Origin: Candidatus Babeliales bacterium | GTDB taxonomy: Bacteria; Babelota; Babeliae; Babelales; JACPOV01 | Direction: 5' to 3' | DNA: 64,000 nucleotides | Assembly: GCA_040879965.1 (NCBI GenBank) | Contig: JBBDJI010000013.1 | Location: forward strand, 367,160-431,159 | Shown: in pieces, positions 19,901 to 28,003 of the stretch | Numbering within the stretch: position 1 is the first letter of the stretch | Layout: each line of letters begins with the position of its first letter | Position numbers and translations under genes: made by a program | The notes under the pieces: model-generated | Told to the model about the DNA's origin: nothing | The model's input: only the letters and a program-made list of their open reading frames with translations | Database searches by the model: none

Positions 19901-20547
19901 TCTAATTGTGAATCATTAAAACATTTATAACTTGAACTCGCGTTATCAATTTCTTTAACGATGGTATAATAATCATACTTAAACCATTCCTTTGTTTGTT
20001 TCTCTAAAGAATCGATAAGTTTATTAAGATCTTTACGATCTGATTCAGTTAATTTTTGCGGTACGCCATTTTTAAACAAAATTCTGGCCATTTTTTCTTT
20101 AGTCGAAATTAAATAGCTATTTAAGGTTGATTCTTGAATTTTAAGGCTCACAAATTCTGGCAAATACAGACGATATTTTTCATCTTTTAAACAGCAATTT
20201 CGTAAAATATTTAATGTATGATTTATTTCTTGTTCAATAACCTGCATTTTAGTTGATAACTTATAACCCTCCCTAGAATGTAGATATCGGTAATAATCGT
20301 TTTTTATTTTGTCTTGAAATATTTCTCGTTGCGCAATAAACGATCTATTTTGCGGGATAACACGCATATCACAAGAAAAGCGATTTGATTCTTGTTGCAA
20401 ATGCCGTACCGCAAAGTTATCTATTGAAACAATTGCAGATCTATTGAAAGCATCCGCTGCTTGATAATTAGCAAGTTCTCTTTCCATACACAAAATGGGA
20501 AAAAACAATATAATGTTTAATGATAAGAAAAATTTTGTCGATTTCAT
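16996..20547 (-). CDS. large secreted protein with a C-terminal EndoU-like RNase toxin domain
   Basis: Signal peptide 'MKSTKFFLSLNIILFFPILC|ME', then ~900 aa of helical region and a Lys-rich linker. The C-terminus 'GWHHDVGG...KVKTSTFFPSDWSRTKVHEKVFEAFNYCK...LIGKTNEGIKIKMVFNKSGKIITYYPVF' resembles bacterial EndoU toxin domains. Confidence 0.65.
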   Translation of the reverse strand: MKSTKFFLSLNIILFFPILCMERELANYQAADAFNRSAIVSIDNFAVRHLQQESNRFSCDMRVIPQNRSFIAQREIFQDKIKNDYYRYLHSREGYKLSTKMQVIEQEINHTLNILRNCCLKDEKYRLYLPEFVSLKIQESTLNSYLISTKEKMARILFKNGVPQKLTESDRKDLNKLIDSLEKQTKEWFKYDYYTIVKEIDNASSSYKCFNDSQLEKQLSSSQPLQQITEVMDLCKKDEFQKAAEIINQNKGFWHFVNESRQVHKSFLRKLYLTHFKNKFDEFGIDKKFQKDPLYKTIRKHIIAEQCSLSTVERIKKNNAIPIPDEKMKEFFIYREELYNNLLQTVGITKPSPEVSEFLYNVVLFLDDTQNFHKMAHFCAHGAYRDSYMLEEKDVYDQLFDERGLPKFLDIFNNELLKDINIPANIHFKEHAIERECLFNLARLDVNDEQLKNIVNDGIQCIMKACDTENLKVALAYRSLAQSFVHAIYHQQSDALLKCGNVLQINTNERHIKLQLRLIPIIASLAERIHHSNLVVNEEKKYAEDILLSIDDLYGKVIHQNSVFSENKLQKICNRIEQQNLVGAFKNDGLFINPQETIIARFDIDEQKQFGLLNIIEEEKNALIKCNPIETVEKTFGLDAQCLEYIFLNEQERAIVSDIDNNQVLIEKINTIVTDMQNEAPSILTTTIPSNIGELSLKEYIAYINELQEKIALRRDAFFIGLGSKHRQAINKCINILSKYSEIAGLELLKKAVETTDMIQHPIEATYNLVKGTGQLLHFMGKFAVAYSGDLPLQDLQIQYRKEIDEVLTTLYELPTYQKFSLLINYCADTFVWRGFSTVLVKTKPLLINASNQLLQVGQQVIKVPEQFNLINKLRNLAQKEVRAIEAIEWGQGAVRSVEHGSKEASDIIGKVKDTICKEMDFAPKDIDLSNAHKVAETSENTSQISKMQKAGNSLTRKTVRNKSGNCIDPSKNKYKPKSKVSAKKEIIETPEKTKFSKRAEKQNIKKNKKIAEQPGKKLSKEIEELHSKFDGLEKGYDVFEGKDINFNYEHVCQPDITISGKASGWHHDVGGWFKNQIRRFKGKEIEILSMEKVQHGIYELEWRYMNGKVKTSTFFPSDWSRTKVHEKVFEAFNYCKQKKKLFEFNPQKSNWILIGKTNEGIKIKMVFNKSGKIITYYPVFKG

Positions 20548-20687
20548 TACTGTTCCAATTTATTAAAAATTTAGAATAAAACAGATGCCAATTATAAAAA
20601 AAATCTTATACAAAGCAAGCAAAAGTTTACTTTCTTAGAATTTTGTTTGCATAATAGGATCAAATATATTTTTTACATAAGGAAAAC

Positions 20688-22106
20688 ATGCGCCATTATT
20701 GCATTATTTTATTGAGTTCTTTTTTTTTCATTTTATACCCAATGGAAGATAAAAAACCCATTTCTTCACTAAAAAAGCTTTGTATTAATAAAATAGTAAG
20801 CTTTTTTGCAACCTTAAATAACATTGAAAAAAATAGATTTTTAAAAGAAAGAAAACTTCCTATAGAACTTGAAAAAACAATTGTTAAAGAATTATATTTT
20901 CAAAATATAAAAACACTTCTTAAACCAATTGCGCTACAGAAATTAAATTATTCTATAAGCACTGCCGCACTACATCCGGCTAGAAATTTATTAGCAATAA
21001 GTATTTATGATAAAAAAACTACCCAATTCAGTGATTTGTTTTTATCTAATTCAAATATTGAGCATTTTGATAATCCACGCTTATTGTTTTTAAACCTTTC
21101 TACTTATCAATACAAATCTATTCTTGATATACAAACTACCAAGAAAATAAAAAAGCTAGAATTTAATCAAGATGGATCATTATTATTAGTTCATGCGGAT
21201 CATAATATTGAGGCATATGATACAAAAAATATATATAAACCTGCCCTTGTATACAAGCATGAAGCTTTACAAAAAATAGATGCGAGTACTCTTCTTGCTT
21301 ATCAAATTATCTTTAGTAAAAGTAATGTCAGTTATATAGCACAATTAGATAATAAATCCTGGAAAGTAAACTTCAATAACTTTGCGATTCCCTTTCAAGA
21401 TATTATTACTAAAATTATTATCAATAATAATGATCTCATTGCATTGGTTGCAAACAAACAACTAACTTTATGGAATATAAAAAAACATTCATACAGAAGA
21501 CTAAATATAGACGATAATATCCATACTATTGCTTTTTCTCCTGATAATCTTTTTTTAATTACCCCACGAAATAATAATATCTTTTTTTATTCATTAACGC
21601 CGAATGAGGATTATGAAATTGGCTATCAAATTGGAAAATGCAATTTTGTGAGCCAAACAACATTATATTCACAAAAAGAATTTTATAATGTCCATACTGA
21701 AAATATAGCTGATAAAATCATACATATTTATGCGATGATATTTCACCCGATCATACCTTATATACTTATTTCAAGCGCAAGCAATCAAACACTTTCTGTT
21801 TTAAATATTAAAACTGGCAAAAAAACCATTATTCCGATTGATAATTTTCTAAAGCAAGAAAACGATTTCATCTCTTCATTACAATTTAATGCGCAAGGCA
21901 ATCGGCTTATTGGTTTTACCAATAAAGAACAAGTTATTATTTTCCCTTTTTATTCTGAAATTTATTGCCTTGAAAATATTTTAGATGGTCTTGCTAATGA
22001 AAAATTAACCGATATTTTTGCAGAGATACATCCTGAAGAGATATGGTCAGGTGCGCCATTTATCGAAATATCTCCAGAAAAAGAAACTATTTGCTCTCTT
22101 CAGTAA
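20688..22106 (+). CDS. signal-peptide protein with an N-terminal SOCS/BC-box-like motif and WD40-like repeats
   Basis: 'MRHYCIILLSSFFFILYP|ME', 'SLKKLCINKI' (S-L-x3-C-x3-I) followed by 'KLPIELEKTIVKELYF'. WD-like blades 'IKKLEFNQDGSLLLVHADHNIEAYD', 'IHTIAFSPDNLFLITP' and 'ISSLQFNAQGNRLIGF'. Confidence 0.6.
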   Translation: MRHYCIILLSSFFFILYPMEDKKPISSLKKLCINKIVSFFATLNNIEKNRFLKERKLPIELEKTIVKELYFQNIKTLLKPIALQKLNYSISTAALHPARNLLAISIYDKKTTQFSDLFLSNSNIEHFDNPRLLFLNLSTYQYKSILDIQTTKKIKKLEFNQDGSLLLVHADHNIEAYDTKNIYKPALVYKHEALQKIDASTLLAYQIIFSKSNVSYIAQLDNKSWKVNFNNFAIPFQDIITKIIINNNDLIALVANKQLTLWNIKKHSYRRLNIDDNIHTIAFSPDNLFLITPRNNNIFFYSLTPNEDYEIGYQIGKCNFVSQTTLYSQKEFYNVHTENIADKIIHIYAMIFHPIIPYILISSASNQTLSVLNIKTGKKTIIPIDNFLKQENDFISSLQFNAQGNRLIGFTNKEQVIIFPFYSEIYCLENILDGLANEKLTDIFAEIHPEEIWSGAPFIEISPEKETICSLQ

Positions 22107-22240
22107 ATTTTTTTTCAGTACCAATTTAAAGAAAAATTAGGTACAATAAAGCAACACAGTAATTCAACTTTTTTTGGATAATTATCATACCGTTTTAAAT
22201 ATCTAGATAAATTATCGCTTTTTCTTAATCCAGGAATTAT

Positions 22241-25200
22241 ATGGCGCAGCATTTTACGCACTTACACATGCATACAGAATTTTCATTATTAGATGGAGCT
22301 ATTAGTCTTGATCGATTAATTAACTTTGCAAAAGAGCAAGAATTTAAAGCACTTGCCATGACTGATCATGGTAATATTTTTGGTGCAGTTAAATTTTTCC
22401 AAAAATGTAAGAAAGCTGGTATTAAACCGATCTTAGGCATGGAAGCTTATTTTACCCCAGATGTAACAGTAAAATCGGTTGAAAAAAAGTATTATCATCT
22501 AATTTTATTAGTGCAAAATGAAATCGGTTATAAAAATCTCTGTAAACTTATTTCTTATTCTTATCAGCAAGGATTCTATTTTAAGCCACGTATCGATTAC
22601 CATATTTTAGAAAAGCATTCAGAAGGTCTTATTGCAACTTCAGCTTGTCTTGGTGGCCATATTCCTTCGTTGCTTAAACATAATAATGAGGTTGAAGCAG
22701 AACAGCGTATGGATTGGTTTGTATCAGTATTTGGCAATGATCGCTTTTATTTTGAAGTACAGCCGGAAGAACAAGAAGAACAAAAAATTTTAAATCAAAA
22801 ATTGTATGAATGGAGTACTAAAAAAAATATTCCGCTAATTGCGGCCGGCGATTGCCATTATTTATTGCCCGAAGATCATGAAGCACATGAAGTTATGCTT
22901 TCAATTCAAACGCAGCATAAACTTACTGATACCGATCGTTTTTCTTTTGGCGATGTACGTGCTTATGTAAAAACTGCAAATGAGATGCTGAATATATTTA
23001 AAGATCATCCGCAAGCAGTTTGGAATAGCGGTAAAATTGCCGATATGTGCACGTTTGATTTTCAAACAGATAAACTTTTTTTCCCCAAATTTGAAATCCC
23101 ACAAGAACATACCCCAGAAACATATTTTACACAGTTATGTGAAAAAGGTCTTGAAACATTAATTACGCAAGGCCGTATTGATCAAGCGGAAATTAAAACT
23201 TATCAAGATCGTTTAAAAATAGAAGTAGATTTAATTACTTCAATGGGTTTTGTTGGTTATTTTTTAGTAGTGAGTGATTTTATTCAATGGGCACGCAGAA
23301 ATAACATTCCGGTAGGTCCAGGACGTGGTTCTGCTGCTGGCTCACTTGTTGCTTGGTCACTTGAAATAACAAATATCGACCCACTTAAGTACAATCTTCT
23401 TTTTGAACGATTCTTAAATCCTGAACGTGTCACAATGCCTGATATCGATATCGATTTTTGTATCGAAGGCCGTGAGACGGTTATTAATTATGTGCGTGAT
23501 AAATATGGCCATGATAATGTAGGGCAAATAATCACTTTTGGTACTATGATGGCCAAAGGGGTAGTGAAAGACGTTGCTCGTGTACTTGGTATTCCATTCG
23601 AAGATGCAAATGCTATCACGAGCCTTATACCAGATCAGTTGAAAATTAGCTTGCGTGATGCGTTGGAACAAGAACCACGAATCAAGGAATTAATTAATGC
23701 AAATCCTAAAGTAGCAAAATTGTTTGAAATTGCATTTAAACTTGAAGGAATTACACGACATGCTTCTAAACATGCAGCTGGTATTGTAATTTCTCCCGAG
23801 CCAATCGATGAAGTGTTACCAGTATACGTGCCATCAAAAAGCACTGAGCTTGTTACCCAATATGCGATGACTGAACTTGAAAGTATCGGTTTTTTAAAAA
23901 TAGATCTTTTAGGCCTTAAAAACTTAACACTCATTGATCGCGCGGTACAATTAATTAAAAAAAATTATGACGTTGATATCAATATCGATATGTTACCGCT
24001 TGATGATGAAAAAGCATTTATTTTGTTGCGTGAAGGCAACACATCTGGTGTGTTCCAATTTGAATCAGAAGGGGTAAAAGAAGTTCTCCGCAAACTACAA
24101 CCAGAAAAATTTGAAGATCTTATTGCAGTAAACGCCTTATATCGTCCCGGCCCACTTGGTTCAGGCATGGTGGATGATTTTATTGAACGTAAACATGGCC
24201 GCCAAAAAATTACGTATTTATTTGATGAACTTGCACCAATATTGCAAGAAACGTACGGCGTTATTGTTTATCAAGAACAAGTAATAAAAATTGCTTCTGC
24301 TATAGGCGGTTATTCACTCGGTGAAGCGGATATCTTACGCCGCGCAATGGGAAAAAAGAAAATTGAAGTAATGGCTGAGCAACGAGAAATATTTTTATCT
24401 CGTGCCGCACAAAAAGAATTTGATAACAAAAAATCTGGTGAACTTTTTGATCTTATGGCTTATTTTGCCGGCTATGGATTTAATAAATCACATTCTGCAG
24501 CTTACGCCCTCATTGCCTATCAAACTGCTTATTTAAAAGCACATTATCCTGCCGAATTTATGGCATGCTTAATCTCTTTAGAGGCAACTCACCCGGATAA
24601 AATGGTATTTTATTTGCGCGAAACAAAAGACATGGGCTTAGGCATTGTACCGCCGGAAATAAATACTTCAGATATTGCATTTAGTGTTGTGCATAATGGA
24701 ATTCAATTTGGCTTGCAAGGAATAAAAAATGTTGGTCTCGCCGCACTAGAAGCTATTGTACGCGAACGAGAAAAAAAATCATTTAAAGATTTGCTCGATT
24801 TTTGCACAAGAATTGACTTGCGCACCGTTAATAAACGAGTTATAGAAAGCTTAATTTGTGCGGGCGCTTTTGATCAATTACCCGGCAACAGAGCACAACA
24901 ACATGAAGAGCTCGAAATTATTATTGACCAAGCGCTTGAAAAAAAACGCGCCTTAGAAACTGGTCAAATGGGGTTATTTCAAGCAGCAAAAAAATCAAAT
25001 GGCGATGAAGATGATAGTTACAGCTTTACTGCTCGTCCCGATTGGGCAAATAAAGAGAAATTAGAAAAAGAACGTGAAGTTATCGGATTTTATTTAAGTT
25101 CTCATCCGCTCGATGCTTACAAAAATTATATCAAATGGCTTTCAATTCAATCTTTTGATGAAATACTTAATAAAGCATTGCAGATAAATACGCTAGAAGA

Positions 25201-25684
25201 ACCCATTGTGATTGGTTGTGGCTTGCTTAATTCTTGCAAACAAATCATGACAAAAAAAGGTGATCGCATGGCATTCGCACAATTAGAAGATATTTCAGCA
25301 AAATGTGAAGCCATTATTTTTCCTAAAGTGTTTAAAAAAGTTGAAGCATGGCTTAATAACTATCAAGTTTTCATAATAAAAGGTTCACTTGATCTTACGG
25401 CACAAAAATTATGCAAAATTAAAGTAAATGAACTTATACCAGTCGAACTTTTTTTTCAGGAATGGCCATCAATACGTTCTACTTTATCTCTCCCTGTCGC
25501 TTTTGATGCACAACTAATTGAAATGATCAAAAAAACAATGGTTAATGGCACTATTCCACTCGAAATTTTATTTGAAGACAATGGCAAAAAATTACGTCTA
25601 AAAACAAAAGAATCTATTGCTTTAGATGAATCAATGTTAAGTGAATTAGAAAAACATAATATTCAAATAAAACTACATATTTAA
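22241..25684 (+). CDS. dnaE: DNA polymerase III alpha subunit
   Basis: PHP domain 'FTHLHMHTEFSLLDGA', 'GPGRGSAAGSLVAWSLEITNIDP', 'PDIDIDF' and 'GFNKSHSAAYA'. Length 1147 aa. Confidence 0.97.
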   Translation: MAQHFTHLHMHTEFSLLDGAISLDRLINFAKEQEFKALAMTDHGNIFGAVKFFQKCKKAGIKPILGMEAYFTPDVTVKSVEKKYYHLILLVQNEIGYKNLCKLISYSYQQGFYFKPRIDYHILEKHSEGLIATSACLGGHIPSLLKHNNEVEAEQRMDWFVSVFGNDRFYFEVQPEEQEEQKILNQKLYEWSTKKNIPLIAAGDCHYLLPEDHEAHEVMLSIQTQHKLTDTDRFSFGDVRAYVKTANEMLNIFKDHPQAVWNSGKIADMCTFDFQTDKLFFPKFEIPQEHTPETYFTQLCEKGLETLITQGRIDQAEIKTYQDRLKIEVDLITSMGFVGYFLVVSDFIQWARRNNIPVGPGRGSAAGSLVAWSLEITNIDPLKYNLLFERFLNPERVTMPDIDIDFCIEGRETVINYVRDKYGHDNVGQIITFGTMMAKGVVKDVARVLGIPFEDANAITSLIPDQLKISLRDALEQEPRIKELINANPKVAKLFEIAFKLEGITRHASKHAAGIVISPEPIDEVLPVYVPSKSTELVTQYAMTELESIGFLKIDLLGLKNLTLIDRAVQLIKKNYDVDINIDMLPLDDEKAFILLREGNTSGVFQFESEGVKEVLRKLQPEKFEDLIAVNALYRPGPLGSGMVDDFIERKHGRQKITYLFDELAPILQETYGVIVYQEQVIKIASAIGGYSLGEADILRRAMGKKKIEVMAEQREIFLSRAAQKEFDNKKSGELFDLMAYFAGYGFNKSHSAAYALIAYQTAYLKAHYPAEFMACLISLEATHPDKMVFYLRETKDMGLGIVPPEINTSDIAFSVVHNGIQFGLQGIKNVGLAALEAIVREREKKSFKDLLDFCTRIDLRTVNKRVIESLICAGAFDQLPGNRAQQHEELEIIIDQALEKKRALETGQMGLFQAAKKSNGDEDDSYSFTARPDWANKEKLEKEREVIGFYLSSHPLDAYKNYIKWLSIQSFDEILNKALQINTLEEPIVIGCGLLNSCKQIMTKKGDRMAFAQLEDISAKCEAIIFPKVFKKVEAWLNNYQVFIIKGSLDLTAQKLCKIKVNELIPVELFFQEWPSIRSTLSLPVAFDAQLIEMIKKTMVNGTIPLEILFEDNGKKLRLKTKESIALDESMLSELEKHNIQIKLHI

Positions 25685-25761
25685 ATAACTATTATAACTC
25701 CCTTTAAAACCTGAAGATATTTCTTTTAAAATATTTATCATTTTTAAGCGGTAATTCTCCC

Positions 25762-25790
25762 GGCGCTGTGCGCGCAGCACCAATTTTTTT
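25762..25790 (+). terminator. probable rho-independent terminator of dnaE
   Basis: GC-rich hairpin in 'ggcgctgtgcgcgcagcacc' (gctgt/gcagc stem, gcgc loop), followed by 'aattttttt' (25782-25790). Confidence 0.55.
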
Positions 25791-26104
25791 GCTTGTACAA
25801 AAAACTGGACAAAAATACACCAACATGCTGTTGGATCGTTCATTCGCCCAAATTCGTGCCCACTCATCCTACGACAATATATAGTCTTCAGATTGGGTCA
25901 CGTTTGGTTTGTATTTTTATAAAAAATTTAATAAATCCGGTAGCGAGTCAAGATCCGAAGATGAAGGTTGAAAACCTGAATGAGAGTTCTCGTTATGAGC
26001 GGGAAAATAATCCAACAGAATGTTGGTGCCCTTGTGTTAAGGATATTGGATACCCGGCCGGCATGAGGCCAAATGTAGCGCAAAGTATACATTAAAGCGG
26101 AATA

Positions 26105-26764
26105 CTAAATATCGTTTTCAATTAATTGACAAGAATATTCATAATACCGTTTATTTGCTGCTTTAAGTTTTTCAAGAAAGAGTTGCAAAGCATCGCCATT
26201 TTTTTTCATGAATGCCATCATAACAATCTGCATATATTCAGACAAAAATGGAGTCAGTATCATATCAGTATGCGCACTCGTTATAATTATTTTTTCATAA
26301 ATATCAAATAATTTATATTGTGGAATGGTTTGCTCAACCTCTTGCATATACGAAGCTAATGCATCTAATTGATTTTTATTAATATAGATCACTACAAGCT
26401 GTTCTAAAACTTCAAAACCACGCTTTTCATGATCAATACGCATATATAATTCAAATAATGCTTTTAAAAATATTTCAGAATCAGGATATAAGGAAATAAT
26501 ATGTTCATACACTGCTGCCGCTTCAATGCATTGATTATTTTTTTTATAAAGATAGGCTGCTTGCTCATATTTTTTTACTGCATCAGCAATATCATTAAAT
26601 GAAAGAAATATATCACCTGCTAACTGACTAGCTAATGCTTCATTTTCAAAAGAATGCATTAGTAAACGATACATACCTAATGCACGCTCTTTTTCACCCC
26701 TTGCTACAAATTCAGCTAATTTATACCATGCAACATTATATTTATCAGCAGAAAATTGTTTCAT
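26105..26764 (-). CDS. hypothetical helical-repeat (TPR-like) protein
   Basis: 219-aa ORF with no signal peptide. Repeated helix-pair pattern with 'A..Y..A..LY' spacing. Function not recognisable. Confidence 0.5.
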   Translation of the reverse strand: MKQFSADKYNVAWYKLAEFVARGEKERALGMYRLLMHSFENEALASQLAGDIFLSFNDIADAVKKYEQAAYLYKKNNQCIEAAAVYEHIISLYPDSEIFLKALFELYMRIDHEKRGFEVLEQLVVIYINKNQLDALASYMQEVEQTIPQYKLFDIYEKIIITSAHTDMILTPFLSEYMQIVMMAFMKKNGDALQLFLEKLKAANKRYYEYSCQLIENDI

Positions 26765-26962
26765 CTTACTGACCTTTTATCATCTTTTGCTTATATTCAT
26801 AGCATTCAATAAAAAACCGCTATATTTTTATGAGGCTAGCAAAAGATCCCTTGAAAAATCAAGTTGAAATTGATGAATTTAAAAAGAAAAAAAGAATAAG
26901 TCCTTAATCGGAACATTCTGAAGTCAAAACATTGTTTTTAAAAATAAAAACAACACAAGTCC

Positions 26963-26993
26963 TTGACTATTCTATACTACTCTGTAGTATAAT
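26963..26993 (+). promoter_or_regulatory. candidate promoter with a palindromic operator for the toxin-antitoxin locus
   Basis: 'ttgact' (26963-26968) and 'tataat' (26988-26993). A perfect 8-bp inverted repeat, tatactac (26973-26980) / gtagtata (26984-26991), overlaps the -10. Confidence 0.45.
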
Positions 26994-26998
26994 ATTCT

Positions 26999-27257
26999 AT
27001 GAAGAGAAAAATAATACAGGCCAGAAGTTTTAGCAAATCTATCGAAACTTTATTCAAGAAAAGACGCTTAAAAAGCGAAGATTTTGATCATTTTCAATAA
27101 GATTAAAATCAGTGAATAGGGGTAAAAGTGGTGGATTCAGAGTCTGTTATTATTATTTAATACATGATGAAGAAATTTAAATGAACAAGAAAATTTAACA
27201 ATGGAAGAAAAAAAGATACTCAAAGAATATATAAATAGTTTAAAGAGGTTATTATGA
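26999..27257 (+). pseudogene. decayed HigB-2/RelE-like toxin gene
   Basis: Three frame fragments: 'MKRKIIQARSFSKSIETLFKKRRLKSEDFDHFQ*' (26999-27100), 'GKSGGFRVCYYYLIHDEEI*' (27121-27180) and 'NEQENLTMEEKKILKEYINSLKRLL*' (27180-27257). The final TGA overlaps the antitoxin ATG (ATGA). Confidence 0.7.
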
Positions 27258-27568
27258 AAAATAAGTTTTTTAAAGATCTAAAAGTTGGACTTGAAGATGT
27301 AATTGCTCATAAAAAAGGCAAGCTTAATCTTCGTTCCGATATTATAGAGGTACCTGAGCCACCTTCAGAATATAAACCTCATCAAATAAAAAAAATAAGA
27401 ATAACTCAACGCTATTCGCAAGGGATATTTGCAAAAATTCTTAATGTGAGCATAAAAACGGTGCAATCATGGGAATCTGGGCAACGATCTCCGAGTCACG
27501 CTGCGTTGCGTTTGCTTGAAATTATTGAAAAAGGAATTTACAAGCCTGATATATATAAAAGAAATTAA
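27254..27568 (+). CDS. XRE-family HTH antitoxin (HigA-2/NadS-like)
   Basis: 'FKDLKVGLEDVIAHKKGK' N-terminal segment and HTH 'YSQGIFAKILNVSIKTVQSWESGQRSPSHAALRLLEII'. 104 aa, and the start overlaps the toxin remnant. Confidence 0.75.
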   Translation: MKNKFFKDLKVGLEDVIAHKKGKLNLRSDIIEVPEPPSEYKPHQIKKIRITQRYSQGIFAKILNVSIKTVQSWESGQRSPSHAALRLLEIIEKGIYKPDIYKRN

Positions 27569-27599
27569 TAGATCTACGAATTGCAGATCTATCTTTATT
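27568..27599 (+). terminator. hairpin after the antitoxin gene
   Basis: atagatct (27568-27575) / agatctat (27585-27592) with a 9-nt loop, followed by 'ctttatt'. The T-tract is weak. Confidence 0.4.
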
Positions 27600-27928
27600 G
27601 AGTTTAATTTGGCTTTGTTTCTTGCTTCACTTCCATTGTTTTAACTTTTTTTAACTCTCTAATTAGGAACTGTAAGTATTGAAGAGTAAAAGCAGCAATT
27701 CATTACTACACAAGCTACTCGTTTTTATAATTCTTAAGATTTACAGCTTATCGAAAGTGCTATAAAAATTAACGAAAGAGATAAACATTATTTTAAATTT
27801 TGTCATCAATTTAGAAAAAGTTGCATGCTATCGAGAACTAAATTTGATGGCAAAAAAACATCTACAGTATCCAAAAGATATTTGATTTTATAAAAATATC
27901 GAAGTAATTCATAATATTGACAAAAAAA

Positions 27929-28003
27929 TGGTGCCGAGGAGTGGAATCGAACCACCGACACTGTGCTCTTCAGGCACATGCTCTACCACTGAGCTACCTC
28001 GGC
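27929..28003 (-). tRNA. tRNA-Phe (anticodon GAA), CCA encoded
   Basis: The reverse complement is GCCGAGGTAGCTCAGTGGTAGAGCATGTGCCTGAAGAGCACAGTGTCGGTGGTTCGATTCCACTCCTCGGCACCA. It folds as a cloverleaf with a 7-bp acceptor stem, anticodon loop CTGAAGA and T-loop TTCGATT. Confidence 0.95.

Noticed and set aside
25673-26095. Two track ORFs (25673-25867 minus, 25793-26095 plus) that seem to encode a repeated 'N.PT.CW' peptide, which could suggest small Cys-rich or RiPP-like precursors.
   Set aside because: The shared peptide is a by-product of the palindrome CCAACA-N3-TGTTGG. It reads Pro-Thr-x-Cys-Trp on either strand. Neither ORF has an SD. The two ORFs overlap each other on opposite strands and lie between convergent genes. 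An RNA or DNA-level element is more likely (see finding 25791-26104).
25791-26104. Tested the spacer by eye as RNase P RNA, tmRNA, SRP (4.5S) RNA or a riboswitch.
   Set aside because: The universal RNase P 'GGAAAGUCCGG'/'ACAGAA.CCGGCUUA' P4 strands are absent, although 'gaggccaaatgtagcg' resembles the 'GGCCAAAUAGG' region. There is no tRNA-like 3' end or 'UCCACCA' for tmRNA. 'gtcaagatccgaagatgaagg' only loosely resembles SRP domain IV and lacks the conserved GNRA loop and 'AGCA'. No downstream gene exists on either strand for a riboswitch.
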